DNA from: Deinococcales bacterium
GTDB lineage: Bacteria; Deinococcota; Deinococci; Deinococcales; JAAFIG01
Direction: 5' to 3'
Assembly: GCA_031414595.1 (NCBI GenBank)
Contig: JANNVX010000035.1
Location: forward strand, 1-32,792
Length of the DNA stretch: 32,792 bases
The position numbers were made by a program, and so were the translations under genes. The notes under the pieces are model-generated. The model saw nothing but the letters and a program-made list of their open reading frames with translations, searched no databases and was not told the DNA's origin. This document shows, one piece after another, positions 9,814 to 18,417 of the stretch. How positions within the stretch are numbered: the stretch's first letter is position 1; each line of letters opens with the position of its first letter.

Positions 9814-9867
9814 ATCTTCATACCCTCGAGTGCGGTAAAATAGCAACTCGAGAAACAAGGAGATTGT

Positions 9868-12588
9868 ATGGTCAAGAATTCTTTTGGAGCGCGTGAAACC
9901 TTAGAAGTGGCTGGGCAAAAATTCTATTATTACCGACTCGAGAAGTTAGCCGAACTTGGTTTTGATTTAGCCAAATTGCCGTTTAGCATTAAAATTATGC
10001 TCGAGAGTCTACTGCGTAACTGCAATAATTACGATGTCACCGAAAATGATGTCAAGCAACTGGCGGCATATAATGCTGCCGCGCCGCTCGAGGTCGAAAT
10101 TCCGTTCAAATTGGCTCGAGTGATTCTCCAAGATTTTACCGGTGTGCCAGTCGTGGTGGACTTAGCCAGTATGCGCCACGCGATGAAAGCCCTTGGTGGC
10201 GACGAAAAGAAAATCAATCCAATTGTTCCAGTGGATTTGGTGATTGACCACTCTGTTCAAGTGGATTATTACGGCAGTGCCGAAGCGCTGCTCAAAAACT
10301 CTGAACTCGAGTTTGAACGCAACCTCGAGCGTTACGAATTTTTGCGTTGGGGACAGCAAGCCCTTGATAACTTTGGGGTTGTGCCGCCCGCCTCGGGGAT
10401 TGTCCATCAGGTCAATCTCGAGTATTTGGCGAAAGGCGTGATGTCTAAAGCCGAAGATGGTCTCGAGGTGCTGTTTCCAGATAGTTTGGTCGGTACGGAC
10501 TCGCACACCACGATGATTAACGGACTTGGGATTGTTGGTTGGGGCGTAGGTGGCATCGAAGCCGAAGCTGTGATGCTTGGGCAACCCTTGTACATGCTGA
10601 CCCCAGAAGTGGTCGGCTTTAAGGTCTCGGGCAAACTCCCAGAAGGCAGCACCGCCACCGATTTAGCGCTGGTTGTGACCCAAATGTTGCGTAAGCATAA
10701 TGTGGTTGGTAAGTTTGTCGAATTTTATGGTTCGGGTTTAAGCTCGATGACCCTGCCAGACCGCGCCACAATTGCCAATATGGCACCTGAGTACGGCGCA
10801 ACCATGGGCTTTTTTCCAATGGACGACGAAGCGATGCGTTTTATGAAACGCACTGGGCGTTTGGACATGGAAGTTGAAGTCTTAGAAGCCTACATGAAAG
10901 CCAACGGCTTATTCCGCACCGACGAGACCCCAGACCCCGTGTTCTCGAGCCTGATTGAACTCGATTTAAGCACCGTTCTGCCGAGCCTCGCCGGTCCCGC
11001 CCGCCCACAAGACCGTGTGCTGATGTCGGAGATGCCCAAAGTCTTTGCCGAAGCACTGATTGCCCCTAAAGACAAACGCGGTTATGCTTTGTCTGGCGCA
11101 AAACTCGAGGCTAAGGGTACAGTCAAAAATTTTAACGGCTTTAATGGCGAAATTACCCATGGTGATGTCGTGATTGCCGCGATTACAAGCTGCACCAACA
11201 CCTCTAACCCAAGTGTGATGATTGGCGCGGGACTGCTTGCCAAAAAAGCCGTGGAGAAGGGTCTAACCGTTAAGCCATGGGTCAAAACCAGTCTTGCGCC
11301 CGGCTCGAGGGTTGTGACGGCGTACTTGGATGATGCGGGGCTTACCCCATACCTTGACCAACTTGGTTTCCAAACCGTCGGTTATGGTTGCACCACTTGT
11401 ATTGGCAACTCTGGACCACTGCCAGACGAACTTGTTGCAGCCATCAATGAAGGTGATTTGGTGGCTGCCAGTGTGCTGTCGGGCAACCGCAACTTTGAAG
11501 GGCGGGTCAATCCGCATGTTCGTGCCAATTACTTGGCTTCACCGCCGCTTGTGGTGGCATATGCAATCGCTGGCACAGTCAAACTTAATCTCGAGACCGA
11601 GCCGCTTGGACATGACCAAAACGGTAATCCTGTTTTCTTGCGCGATATTTTCCCCTCGAGCAGCGAAATCCAAGCCGCCATGGATGCGACCATCACCGCC
11701 GATAAGTTCCGCCGAATTTATGATGGTATCGCCCAGAGTAACCAACAATGGAATGCCATTCCCGTCAAGGGCGGAGACCTGTTTAACTTTGACCCAAACA
11801 GCACCTATGTTCAGAATCCACCGTACTTTGAAGGCTTAACCATGCAAGTCGGTACAATCCAAGCGATTCATGGCGCAAAAGTGCTGCTGAAACTCGGCGA
11901 CAGCATCACCACCGACCATATTTCGCCAGCCGGCGCGTTCAGTGCAAAATCCCCTGCTGGTAAGCACCTGATTGAACTGGGTGTACCTGTAAGCGATTTT
12001 AATTCTTATGGCTCGAGACGCGGCAATGACCGTGTGATGACTCGCGGTACATTCGCCAACATTCGCATCAAGAACCAACTTGCGCCCGGTACAGAAGGCG
12101 GCGTGACCACGTACTTGCCCACAAACGAAGTGATGAGTGTTTACGATGCTGCCATGCTTTACAAAAACTCGAGTACACCCCTTGTGGTACTGGGTGGCAA
12201 AGATTACGGCATGGGTAGCAGCCGTGACTGGGCAGCCAAAGGCACGATGCTACTGGGTGCAAAAGCCGTGATTGTTGAATCGTTTGAGCGTATTCACCGC
12301 AGTAACTTGGTCGGTATGGGCGTGTTGCCGTTGCAATACAAAGATGGTCAGAACGCTGAAAGCCTTGGTTTGACTGGACTCGAGACTTTTGATTTCTTAA
12401 TTGGTGACGACCTTAAACCACGCCAAGACATCACGGCTCGAGTGACTAGCCCTGATGGTAATACCCGTGAAATCACGCTCTGGTGCAGAATTGATACACC
12501 AGTCGAAATTGATTACTACCGCAATGGTGGCATTTTGCAATTTGTACTACGGCAACTGGCACGTGAAAGCATGGCAGTAACAGCCTAA
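9868..12588 (+). CDS. acnA: Aconitate hydratase A
   Basis: 906 aa; [45 protein letters not shown]. Confidence 0.98.
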   Translation: MVKNSFGARETLEVAGQKFYYYRLEKLAELGFDLAKLPFSIKIMLESLLRNCNNYDVTENDVKQLAAYNAAAPLEVEIPFKLARVILQDFTGVPVVVDLASMRHAMKALGGDEKKINPIVPVDLVIDHSVQVDYYGSAEALLKNSELEFERNLERYEFLRWGQQALDNFGVVPPASGIVHQVNLEYLAKGVMSKAEDGLEVLFPDSLVGTDSHTTMINGLGIVGWGVGGIEAEAVMLGQPLYMLTPEVVGFKVSGKLPEGSTATDLALVVTQMLRKHNVVGKFVEFYGSGLSSMTLPDRATIANMAPEYGATMGFFPMDDEAMRFMKRTGRLDMEVEVLEAYMKANGLFRTDETPDPVFSSLIELDLSTVLPSLAGPARPQDRVLMSEMPKVFAEALIAPKDKRGYALSGAKLEAKGTVKNFNGFNGEITHGDVVIAAITSCTNTSNPSVMIGAGLLAKKAVEKGLTVKPWVKTSLAPGSRVVTAYLDDAGLTPYLDQLGFQTVGYGCTTCIGNSGPLPDELVAAINEGDLVAASVLSGNRNFEGRVNPHVRANYLASPPLVVAYAIAGTVKLNLETEPLGHDQNGNPVFLRDIFPSSSEIQAAMDATITADKFRRIYDGIAQSNQQWNAIPVKGGDLFNFDPNSTYVQNPPYFEGLTMQVGTIQAIHGAKVLLKLGDSITTDHISPAGAFSAKSPAGKHLIELGVPVSDFNSYGSRRGNDRVMTRGTFANIRIKNQLAPGTEGGVTTYLPTNEVMSVYDAAMLYKNSSTPLVVLGGKDYGMGSSRDWAAKGTMLLGAKAVIVESFERIHRSNLVGMGVLPLQYKDGQNAESLGLTGLETFDFLIGDDLKPRQDITARVTSPDGNTREITLWCRIDTPVEIDYYRNGGILQFVLRQLARESMAVTA

Positions 12589-12598
12589 ATAAGGCATT

Positions 12599-12639
12599 AC
12601 TCGAGTCATTAAAAAAATTAGTGACTCGAGTTTATTTTT
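12599..12639 (+). terminator. acnA intrinsic terminator with CTCGAG-containing stem
   Basis: ACTCGAGTCATTAA-aaaaa-TTAGTGACTCGAGT followed by TTATTTTT. Confidence 0.85.
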
Positions 12640-12754
12640 GACTTTAAGCCTGATAAAACTCGGTGCAAAAATTTTCAACTCGTTTTGGTTGGTCAATAAT
12701 TGATTTTGAAAGCAGAAGTATCTCGAGCTTAAAATTTTTGGCGTACAATAATCT

Positions 12755-13069
12755 ATGGATTGGTACGTTGTTGAATTTGATCAAATGGCGGTGCGTCGCC
12801 GAGTTTCCCCAAGTGGCGCAGAAGGTTGGTCAGACCATTTTTACTGGCATGACATCATCAGAGTCTGCTTTTGCGCTGGCGGATTCCTCGAGCAAGACGA
12901 AGTTTTTATTTTTACCAATCAAAAACCCGAAAGTTATCAAATTCCGATGGAAGCCATTGGCGTATCTGAACTGATGGCGGAATTGGGTCGCCGTGGATTG
13001 TTTAGCCCTACGCTTTATCTCGAGGCAATACAGCACTCAGGTGAGTTGTACTGCCATCCAGAACCTTAA
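12755..13069 (+). CDS. Hypothetical protein
   Basis: 104 aa. TACAAT lies 5 nt upstream of the ATG. Its stop overlaps the cysK stop (TTAA). Confidence 0.7.
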   Translation: MDWYVVEFDQMAVRRRVSPSGAEGWSDHFYWHDIIRVCFCAGGFLEQDEVFIFTNQKPESYQIPMEAIGVSELMAELGRRGLFSPTLYLEAIQHSGELYCHPEP

Positions 13070-13968
13070 GCAAACAGTTCGGTGCTTAAGTACCTCGCAC
13101 CTGTATCACAAGCTATCGTCACAATTCGTTTACCCACCCCAAGTTCTTTGGCTAACTGCACCGCACTGTAAATCATGCCGCCGCCGCTCATGCCAACAAA
13201 TAAGCCTTCTTCACGGGCTAAACGCCGTGCAAACGGAAAAGCATCCTCCTCGAGAACCGTGACCACGCGGTCTAAAATGCTGCGGTCTAGGTTCTTGGGA
13301 ATAAAACCCGGTCCCATGCCCTGAAAGCCGTGTTGTCCGCGTTCGCCGCCCGATAAGACCTTGCTGCGTTCTGGTTCGACTGCCACCACCTGAATGCTCG
13401 AGTCTTGTTCTTTTAAGTATTTGCCAGTGCCGCTAATCGTGCCACCCGTACCCGTGCCGTAAACAAACATATCCATCTTGTGCTGCATTTGCGCCCAGAT
13501 TTCTGGTCCTGTGGTTTGGTAATGAATTCTTGGGTTGGCTGGGTTTTCAAATTGATTCGGCATCCAAGCACCCGAAATACTCGAGACGATCCGTTCGGCT
13601 TCTTCGATGGCGGCTAACATTCGCCGTTCTGGGTCGGTTAAGACCAGTTCTGCGCCGTAAGCCTTTAAGGTGCGTTTGCGTTCCTCGGACATTTGGGCGG
13701 GTAGGGTCAGAATCAGTTTATAACCTCTCGAGGCGGCAACTTGGGCTAAGCCAATGCCAGTGTTGCCAGAAGTCGGTTCAACAATTGTTCCACCCGGTTT
13801 TAAGACCCCACGCTCCTCGGCATCCAAGACCATACTTAGGGCAGTGCGGTCTTTGATGCTGCCACCCGGATTTTGTCCCTCGAGTTTAACCCAGACTTCA
13901 GCGCTGTCTGGCGTAAGAACCCGTTTTAATTGCAGAATTGGGGTGTTGCCAATCAGAGAATCAATCAT
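13066..13968 (-). CDS. cysK: Cysteine synthase A
   Basis: IGNTP, NPGGSIKDR (PLP Lys), EPTSGNTG, GTGTGGT, DTGARYLST. Confidence 0.95.
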   Translation of the reverse strand: MIDSLIGNTPILQLKRVLTPDSAEVWVKLEGQNPGGSIKDRTALSMVLDAEERGVLKPGGTIVEPTSGNTGIGLAQVAASRGYKLILTLPAQMSEERKRTLKAYGAELVLTDPERRMLAAIEEAERIVSSISGAWMPNQFENPANPRIHYQTTGPEIWAQMQHKMDMFVYGTGTGGTISGTGKYLKEQDSSIQVVAVEPERSKVLSGGERGQHGFQGMGPGFIPKNLDRSILDRVVTVLEEDAFPFARRLAREEGLFVGMSGGGMIYSAVQLAKELGVGKRIVTIACDTGARYLSTELFA

Positions 13969-14012
13969 GGGTTTAGGCTAACCTGTTCGGCTCGAGAAGA
14001 TGGTTGTGGGTT

Positions 14013-14067
14013 ATACCAGTCTGACATGGGTTGCTCATACCAGTCTGACATGGGTTGCTCATACCAG
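14013..14067. repeat. 24-bp tandem repeat, about 2.3 copies
   Basis: ATACCAGTCTGACATGGGTTGCTC at 14013 and 14037, then ATACCAG at 14061. Overlaps the toxin stop codon. Confidence 0.95.
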
Positions 14068-14439
14068 CATAACTGTACCGCCGTACTCAGCCATCAAAGC
14101 ATCGTGGGTTAAAAGGTGCATTGGTTCAGCAAAGGCTTGGGCAACCAGCGCTCGGTCAAAAGGGTCATTGTGAATTTTTGGCAACGATGACACATACAAT
14201 GCGTGAACATCATGAAAAACCAGTAATTCAAAACCGTGAGCAAGCCCACTGCGCCGCATTAGGGCTGGCGATAACTTCATATGCCCTTTGCCATGTTTAA
14301 TCGCAACTTCCCAAACATTGATACTCGAGAAGTAAATACGGTTATTGGTATCCTCAATAGTTTCTCGAGCTAGACTGGATAATTGTGGGTCGTTGGTTGC
14401 CCACCAAATCAAAATATGCGTATCCAGTAGAACATTCAT
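14059..14439 (-). CDS. vapC: PIN-domain toxin, VapC family
   Basis: LLDTHILIWW, SINVWEVAIK, HNDPFDRALVAQA, LLTHD. Confidence 0.93.
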   Translation of the reverse strand: MNVLLDTHILIWWATNDPQLSSLARETIEDTNNRIYFSSINVWEVAIKHGKGHMKLSPALMRRSGLAHGFELLVFHDVHALYVSSLPKIHNDPFDRALVAQAFAEPMHLLTHDALMAEYGGTVMLV

Positions 14440-14687
14440 TTGGCTTGGCTCGGAAAGACACTCGAATTTTCAAACTCAGCTTCGATTTCTTTATCTGCAT
14501 CAAAAAACTCTTGTCCAATGCGGTACTCGGCTGACAAAAAACCGGGTTGGCGTTTGACTTTGCTTATCTTATTTAACTCGGCAATTGGTTTCCCAGCTTT
14601 AGCAATGATTATATGCTCACCGTTTTGGACGCGCTCGAGCAGTTCAGACAGTCTTGTTTTGGCTTCATGAATGTTGACTTGAATCAT
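14436..14687 (-). CDS. Phd/YefM-family antitoxin
   Basis: VNIHEAKTRLSELLERVQNGEHIIIAKAGKPIAEL; ATGA overlap with the toxin. Confidence 0.93.
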   Translation of the reverse strand: MIQVNIHEAKTRLSELLERVQNGEHIIIAKAGKPIAELNKISKVKRQPGFLSAEYRIGQEFFDADKEIEAEFENSSVFPSQAK

Positions 14688-14689
14688 GC

Positions 14690-14711
14690 ACTTAGTCTAG
14701 GTGAACTAAGT
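14690..14711. promoter_or_regulatory. Likely TA autoregulatory operator over a leaderless promoter
   Basis: Inverted repeat ACTTAGT-N8-ACTAAGT overlaps the minus-strand -10 TAGACT, which lies 6 nt before the antitoxin ATG. Confidence 0.7.
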
Positions 14712-15122
14712 TCATTTGGCAAGTTCAAAACTGCAAGGCTCACCGTACCATTTGCCACCCTCGGCAAGTTTAGTCACAAAAGTCGCCGCGCTTTCCATTC
14801 GTCCTAAGCCCTTCCAGACGTTATCCTCGAGTTTCATGGCGCAGTTCAAGCTCGGCTCGAGTGGGTTTAGGGCAATTCGCAAAAACAAATGCGCCAACAA
14901 TAATTTGCGTTCTGGAAAGTATAACAGCGTCGTAATGTACTTCGAGCCACTGGTGCTGGTGCTGACCGCTTGAGCGCCAGCAAATTCGACATGGTAGGTC
15001 ACTCGAGTTGGGTCAAAAACCGTTTGGAAGACTTCTTTATCCCACTTGTAAACAAATGGTTTTTCGCGCTCGAGCGGGAATGGAATTTGTAAACTAATCA
15101 GGGTGAACAATGTGGTAAGCAT
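14712..15122 (-). CDS. Hypothetical (possibly exported) protein
   Basis: Start moved to 15122 (TAGGCT 5 nt upstream); short hydrophobic N-terminus. Confidence 0.6.
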   Translation of the reverse strand: MLTTLFTLISLQIPFPLEREKPFVYKWDKEVFQTVFDPTRVTYHVEFAGAQAVSTSTSGSKYITTLLYFPERKLLLAHLFLRIALNPLEPSLNCAMKLEDNVWKGLGRMESAATFVTKLAEGGKWYGEPCSFELAK

Positions 15123-15164
15123 AGAACAGCCTAGCACACCTGAAAATTGGGTATATTGCGCTGT

Positions 15165-16061
15165 ATGACAAATGAAACTTTACTCCTCGGTTTAGACGCT
15201 GGGGCAAGCTCGACCAAATGGGCGTTGTTATCGCCCAGTCTCGAGGTGGTGGCTTCAGGGCGTTCTGCGCCTTTAACTGGGCATATTTTTACGGATACAC
15301 AACGCAGTGAGAACTTTGCGGCACTCGAGACGCTTGTCTTTGCACTCTCGGCGTTTAAGCCAACCCATGCTGTGGCTGGCATTACAGGCTTAAGCATGGG
15401 CGATGAAACTGCCCAGTTTTATCAACAGGCATTGCTCGAGGGCTTAGGTTTACGTGAAGTTTCGGTCATGTCGGATATGGATTTGGCGTATCTGGCGCAT
15501 TTTGAACCCGGCGAGGGGATACTGGTTTACGCTGGCACAGGTGGGATTGCCTACCACTTAAAAGCCGATGGTAGTCTGGTCAGGGCTGGTGGACGCGGTT
15601 ATTTAATTTCCGACCCCGGTGGTGGATTTAGCATCGGTCAAAAAGCCTTAGAATTTGTCACAACTTTAATGGATGTGTCTGAAACTCCCGAAGCCCATCC
15701 GCTTGCCAGAGCCATTTTTTGGGAAATTGGCAACTCGAGCGATTGGGTTGTACTGCGTGAACATGTCTACAAAGGCGGACGGCAGGCTGTGGCGGCGTTT
15801 GCCAAAATTGTTGGACAAGTAGCCGCCACGGGCGACCCCGATGCCACCCAAATTCTCGAGCAAGCTGGGGCAGAAATAGCCATGTTGGCAGGGCGGGTCA
15901 TGCGTCGCGTCGGGATTTTACCGATTGCTTTGGCTGGTGGGGCGCTGCAAGTTTCCCCAATAGTTGAAAAATCAGCACGGGCAAAACTTGGCAATCTTGA
16001 GGTTCGCACTGCCAATTTAGACTTGGCGGTCGCAGCCGCTAAGATGGCACTCGAGTTTTAA
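15165..16061 (+). CDS. BadF/BadG/BcrA/BcrD-type ATPase, N-acetylglucosamine-kinase-like
   Basis: LGLDAGASSTK, AGTGG, RAGGRGYLISDPGGGFSIG. TATATT lies 7 nt upstream of the ATG at 15165. Confidence 0.88.
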   Translation: MTNETLLLGLDAGASSTKWALLSPSLEVVASGRSAPLTGHIFTDTQRSENFAALETLVFALSAFKPTHAVAGITGLSMGDETAQFYQQALLEGLGLREVSVMSDMDLAYLAHFEPGEGILVYAGTGGIAYHLKADGSLVRAGGRGYLISDPGGGFSIGQKALEFVTTLMDVSETPEAHPLARAIFWEIGNSSDWVVLREHVYKGGRQAVAAFAKIVGQVAATGDPDATQILEQAGAEIAMLAGRVMRRVGILPIALAGGALQVSPIVEKSARAKLGNLEVRTANLDLAVAAAKMALEF

Positions 16062-16119
16062 GTTTTGCGTTTGACAGTCTCGAGATGAAATTTTTGGCAA
16101 GCTCGAGTAACATACAGGC

Positions 16120-16788
16120 ATGAAAAAGTTCTTACTTGGGCTTGCCCTTGGCATTGGTGGTTTGGCATTGGCGCAAAGCATTCAAAAAACTTTGGATTTA
16201 CGGGTTAATGGAGCAAATGCAGGCAAAGCCTATGTGATTGCTGGGCAGTCTTATGTGCCAGTTTCGGCATTAAAGCCGTTTAACCTACAAGCTACCCAGT
16301 CGGGCAATACCCTGAGTCTTGGGGTGCAAGGCGGAGCAAATCAACTTGGGGCAGTTGAAGGGTGTTTGAACGAAACACTTTTTAATGGTGTGGTGCGTTT
16401 AACCGTTAAAAGCATCGAAGAAATCACCTATATTGGTCGTCCAACATGGGGGCTAACCATCGAGGTTCGCAATGGCTTAAGCAAAGAATTTAAGTTGATA
16501 GATGCAGGCAGCAACACCAATGGCTTATTTATTGCGGTGGCAGATGGCAACCCACGCTCGTTTGGGATTAGCGCCCCAGACACCGAAGCCGCCAATCAAC
16601 TGATTTACAAATCCATCCCGGCTGGCGGTTCAATTGTCTATCAGCTTAAATTCCCAACTTTAACAGGTGTGGCTGAACCTAAACCGACCAAGTTCATCAT
16701 GGGTTTTGATAAAACCAAAGCCCTAAAAGAGATTAAATTTGCCGTGGCAGACCCAAGTTTTAGGGTCAATCTGGAGTGCAGCAAGTAA
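16120..16788 (+). CDS. Secreted hypothetical protein
   Basis: Signal peptide MKKFLLGLALGIGGLALA; two Cys; TAACAT 6 nt upstream of the ATG. Confidence 0.8.
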   Translation: MKKFLLGLALGIGGLALAQSIQKTLDLRVNGANAGKAYVIAGQSYVPVSALKPFNLQATQSGNTLSLGVQGGANQLGAVEGCLNETLFNGVVRLTVKSIEEITYIGRPTWGLTIEVRNGLSKEFKLIDAGSNTNGLFIAVADGNPRSFGISAPDTEAANQLIYKSIPAGGSIVYQLKFPTLTGVAEPKPTKFIMGFDKTKALKEIKFAVADPSFRVNLECSK

Positions 16789-16789
16789 T

Positions 16790-17485
16790 CTAAGCCCCGC
16801 CGCGTTCTAAGCTACCCGAGTCTGGTTTGCGGTTGTGTAAAATCGCTATTTTCTGCCAGATTTTACGAGATAGCCCAGTGGTTAAAGTCTCGAGTTCATT
16901 GACGCTTTGGTTGGCTTCGGGGTCGTCGAATTGGGCAATGTACAAAAAAGCAATTTTTGAAATGAGCGCCAGCATTTCCGAGCAGTAATCGAGGTAACGT
17001 CCTAATTCGATGTCGGTCAGTTGACTGTTTGGGTCGTCTGGGTCTTTAGAAAGTTGTTTCATATCCACAATGTGCGCCACGCTGCGGAGTTTATTCAGGG
17101 CATCCACCACCCTTGCCCGTTTAACTCTGGTTTCAATGGTGCTTAAAGAAAAAATTCCAGCCGCAATTAAAACAATTTCATTGGTGGTGGCTTCGAGTAA
17201 ACCAATTAAATCACTGATGTTCAGCGTACCAACCGTGACATTTAGGCTCGAGATGGTCAGGACTAACGCCAGCAACACCATGCCAATAAAAATTCCGATT
17301 GTCCAACGCAACCACCAGATAGGTTTAATGATTTCGGCGGTCACCAAGGGCGTTTGTTGCGAAAAAACGATTAAATCGGCACAAGTTTGCCCTAAACCAC
17401 TGCTTGGAAAGCGATGCTCGATTCGGACATATAATTTCTCTAAAGTTTCGGTGATTTTACTAGGTTGCAGTTCGGCGTTCAGCAT
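16790..17485 (-). CDS. Conserved-looking hypothetical membrane protein (2 TM)
   Basis: 231 aa with two hydrophobic segments; motifs AHIVDMKQLSKDP and YLDYCSEML. Confidence 0.75.
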   Translation of the reverse strand: MLNAELQPSKITETLEKLYVRIEHRFPSSGLGQTCADLIVFSQQTPLVTAEIIKPIWWLRWTIGIFIGMVLLALVLTISSLNVTVGTLNISDLIGLLEATTNEIVLIAAGIFSLSTIETRVKRARVVDALNKLRSVAHIVDMKQLSKDPDDPNSQLTDIELGRYLDYCSEMLALISKIAFLYIAQFDDPEANQSVNELETLTTGLSRKIWQKIAILHNRKPDSGSLERGGA

Positions 17486-17493
17486 AAGTCAGT

Positions 17494-18297
17494 TTAACGC
17501 TTTATTGGCACGGCAATTTCGGTGCGGTATTGGTCTGGTTCTGAGACAGATAGCGGATGCTCCAAGTATGTTTCTCGGACATCACCAATAACCTCATAAT
17601 GATTGTCTGAAAGCCATAAATTCAGCTTCTCGAGGGTTTGGGGTAGGGTATTGTATTCCCCATAATGAATCGTACAGGCAAGTTGTACAGGTGGCAATTC
17701 AATAAATTCAAAAGGGTCTTGATTTGGCTGCTTTGCGGCAACTGGCAGACAGGCTTTAAGTTCAATCTGGCGTTTGCGAAACGGCATTGGAAACATACAA
17801 AAAGCAGGTCCCTTGGTTTGGATTTTATTGGCACGGGTAAAGTAAAATAATTCGCCTAGAATTTTCCCAATGATTGAGCGCTGATTGCTTTCTTCCCAAA
17901 TAATTTGTTCACTTAAACTAACCACTTGCTGATGGCTCGAGAGACGCATGGTGACTGTAAATAACGGGGTTGTTTGATTGATTAGGGTCTCGAGTTTACG
18001 AAGCATTAAACGGTGGGCAGTTAAGCGATTTTCAATAAATTGATGGTGTTCTTGCAGGTACTTGGTTGTTTGACTCGGGTTTTTGAGCAGCCCAAGGATT
18101 TGCTCAAGCGGCATTTCGCACTCACGCAGCAATTTAATCTGTTCGGCAACACTAATTTGTTCATGGGTGTAATAACGGTAGCCTGTGTCGGGGTCTATTA
18201 GTCTTGGCTCGAGAATACCTTCACTGCCATACAGACGTAAGGCACGTATAGACAACCCAGTCAAACGGGAGAATCTTCCTATGGAAATGAGGTTCAT
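17494..18297 (-). CDS. MerR-family regulator with GyrI-like effector domain (BmrR-like)
   Basis: SIGRFSRLTGLSIRALRLY..IDPDTGYRYY; C-terminal HYGEY..RETYL..YRTEIAVP; GAGGGAG RBS. Confidence 0.9.
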   Translation of the reverse strand: MNLISIGRFSRLTGLSIRALRLYGSEGILEPRLIDPDTGYRYYTHEQISVAEQIKLLRECEMPLEQILGLLKNPSQTTKYLQEHHQFIENRLTAHRLMLRKLETLINQTTPLFTVTMRLSSHQQVVSLSEQIIWEESNQRSIIGKILGELFYFTRANKIQTKGPAFCMFPMPFRKRQIELKACLPVAAKQPNQDPFEFIELPPVQLACTIHYGEYNTLPQTLEKLNLWLSDNHYEVIGDVRETYLEHPLSVSEPDQYRTEIAVPIKR

Positions 18298-18417
18298 ACA
18301 AATACTCCCTCAGCCCACACAAAACCGCACATGATAAAACCAATGCGTCTCCCGTCATGCGGTGTCAATAAAATAACACAAAAATCTTAGTACCAGATGT
18401 ATTTTACATCCAGTACA

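Noticed and set aside
14013-14067. Short repeats here and at 31639 as mini-CRISPR arrays
   Set aside because: There are no spacers of CRISPR length, only two copies each, and no cas genes.
16108-16888. CTCGAG-free gap over the secreted-protein gene as a marker of recent horizontal transfer
   Set aside because: At ~5 sites/kb with ~175 intervals, a few gaps of 700-800 bp are expected by chance. The same applies to 20305-20974 and 32116-32792.
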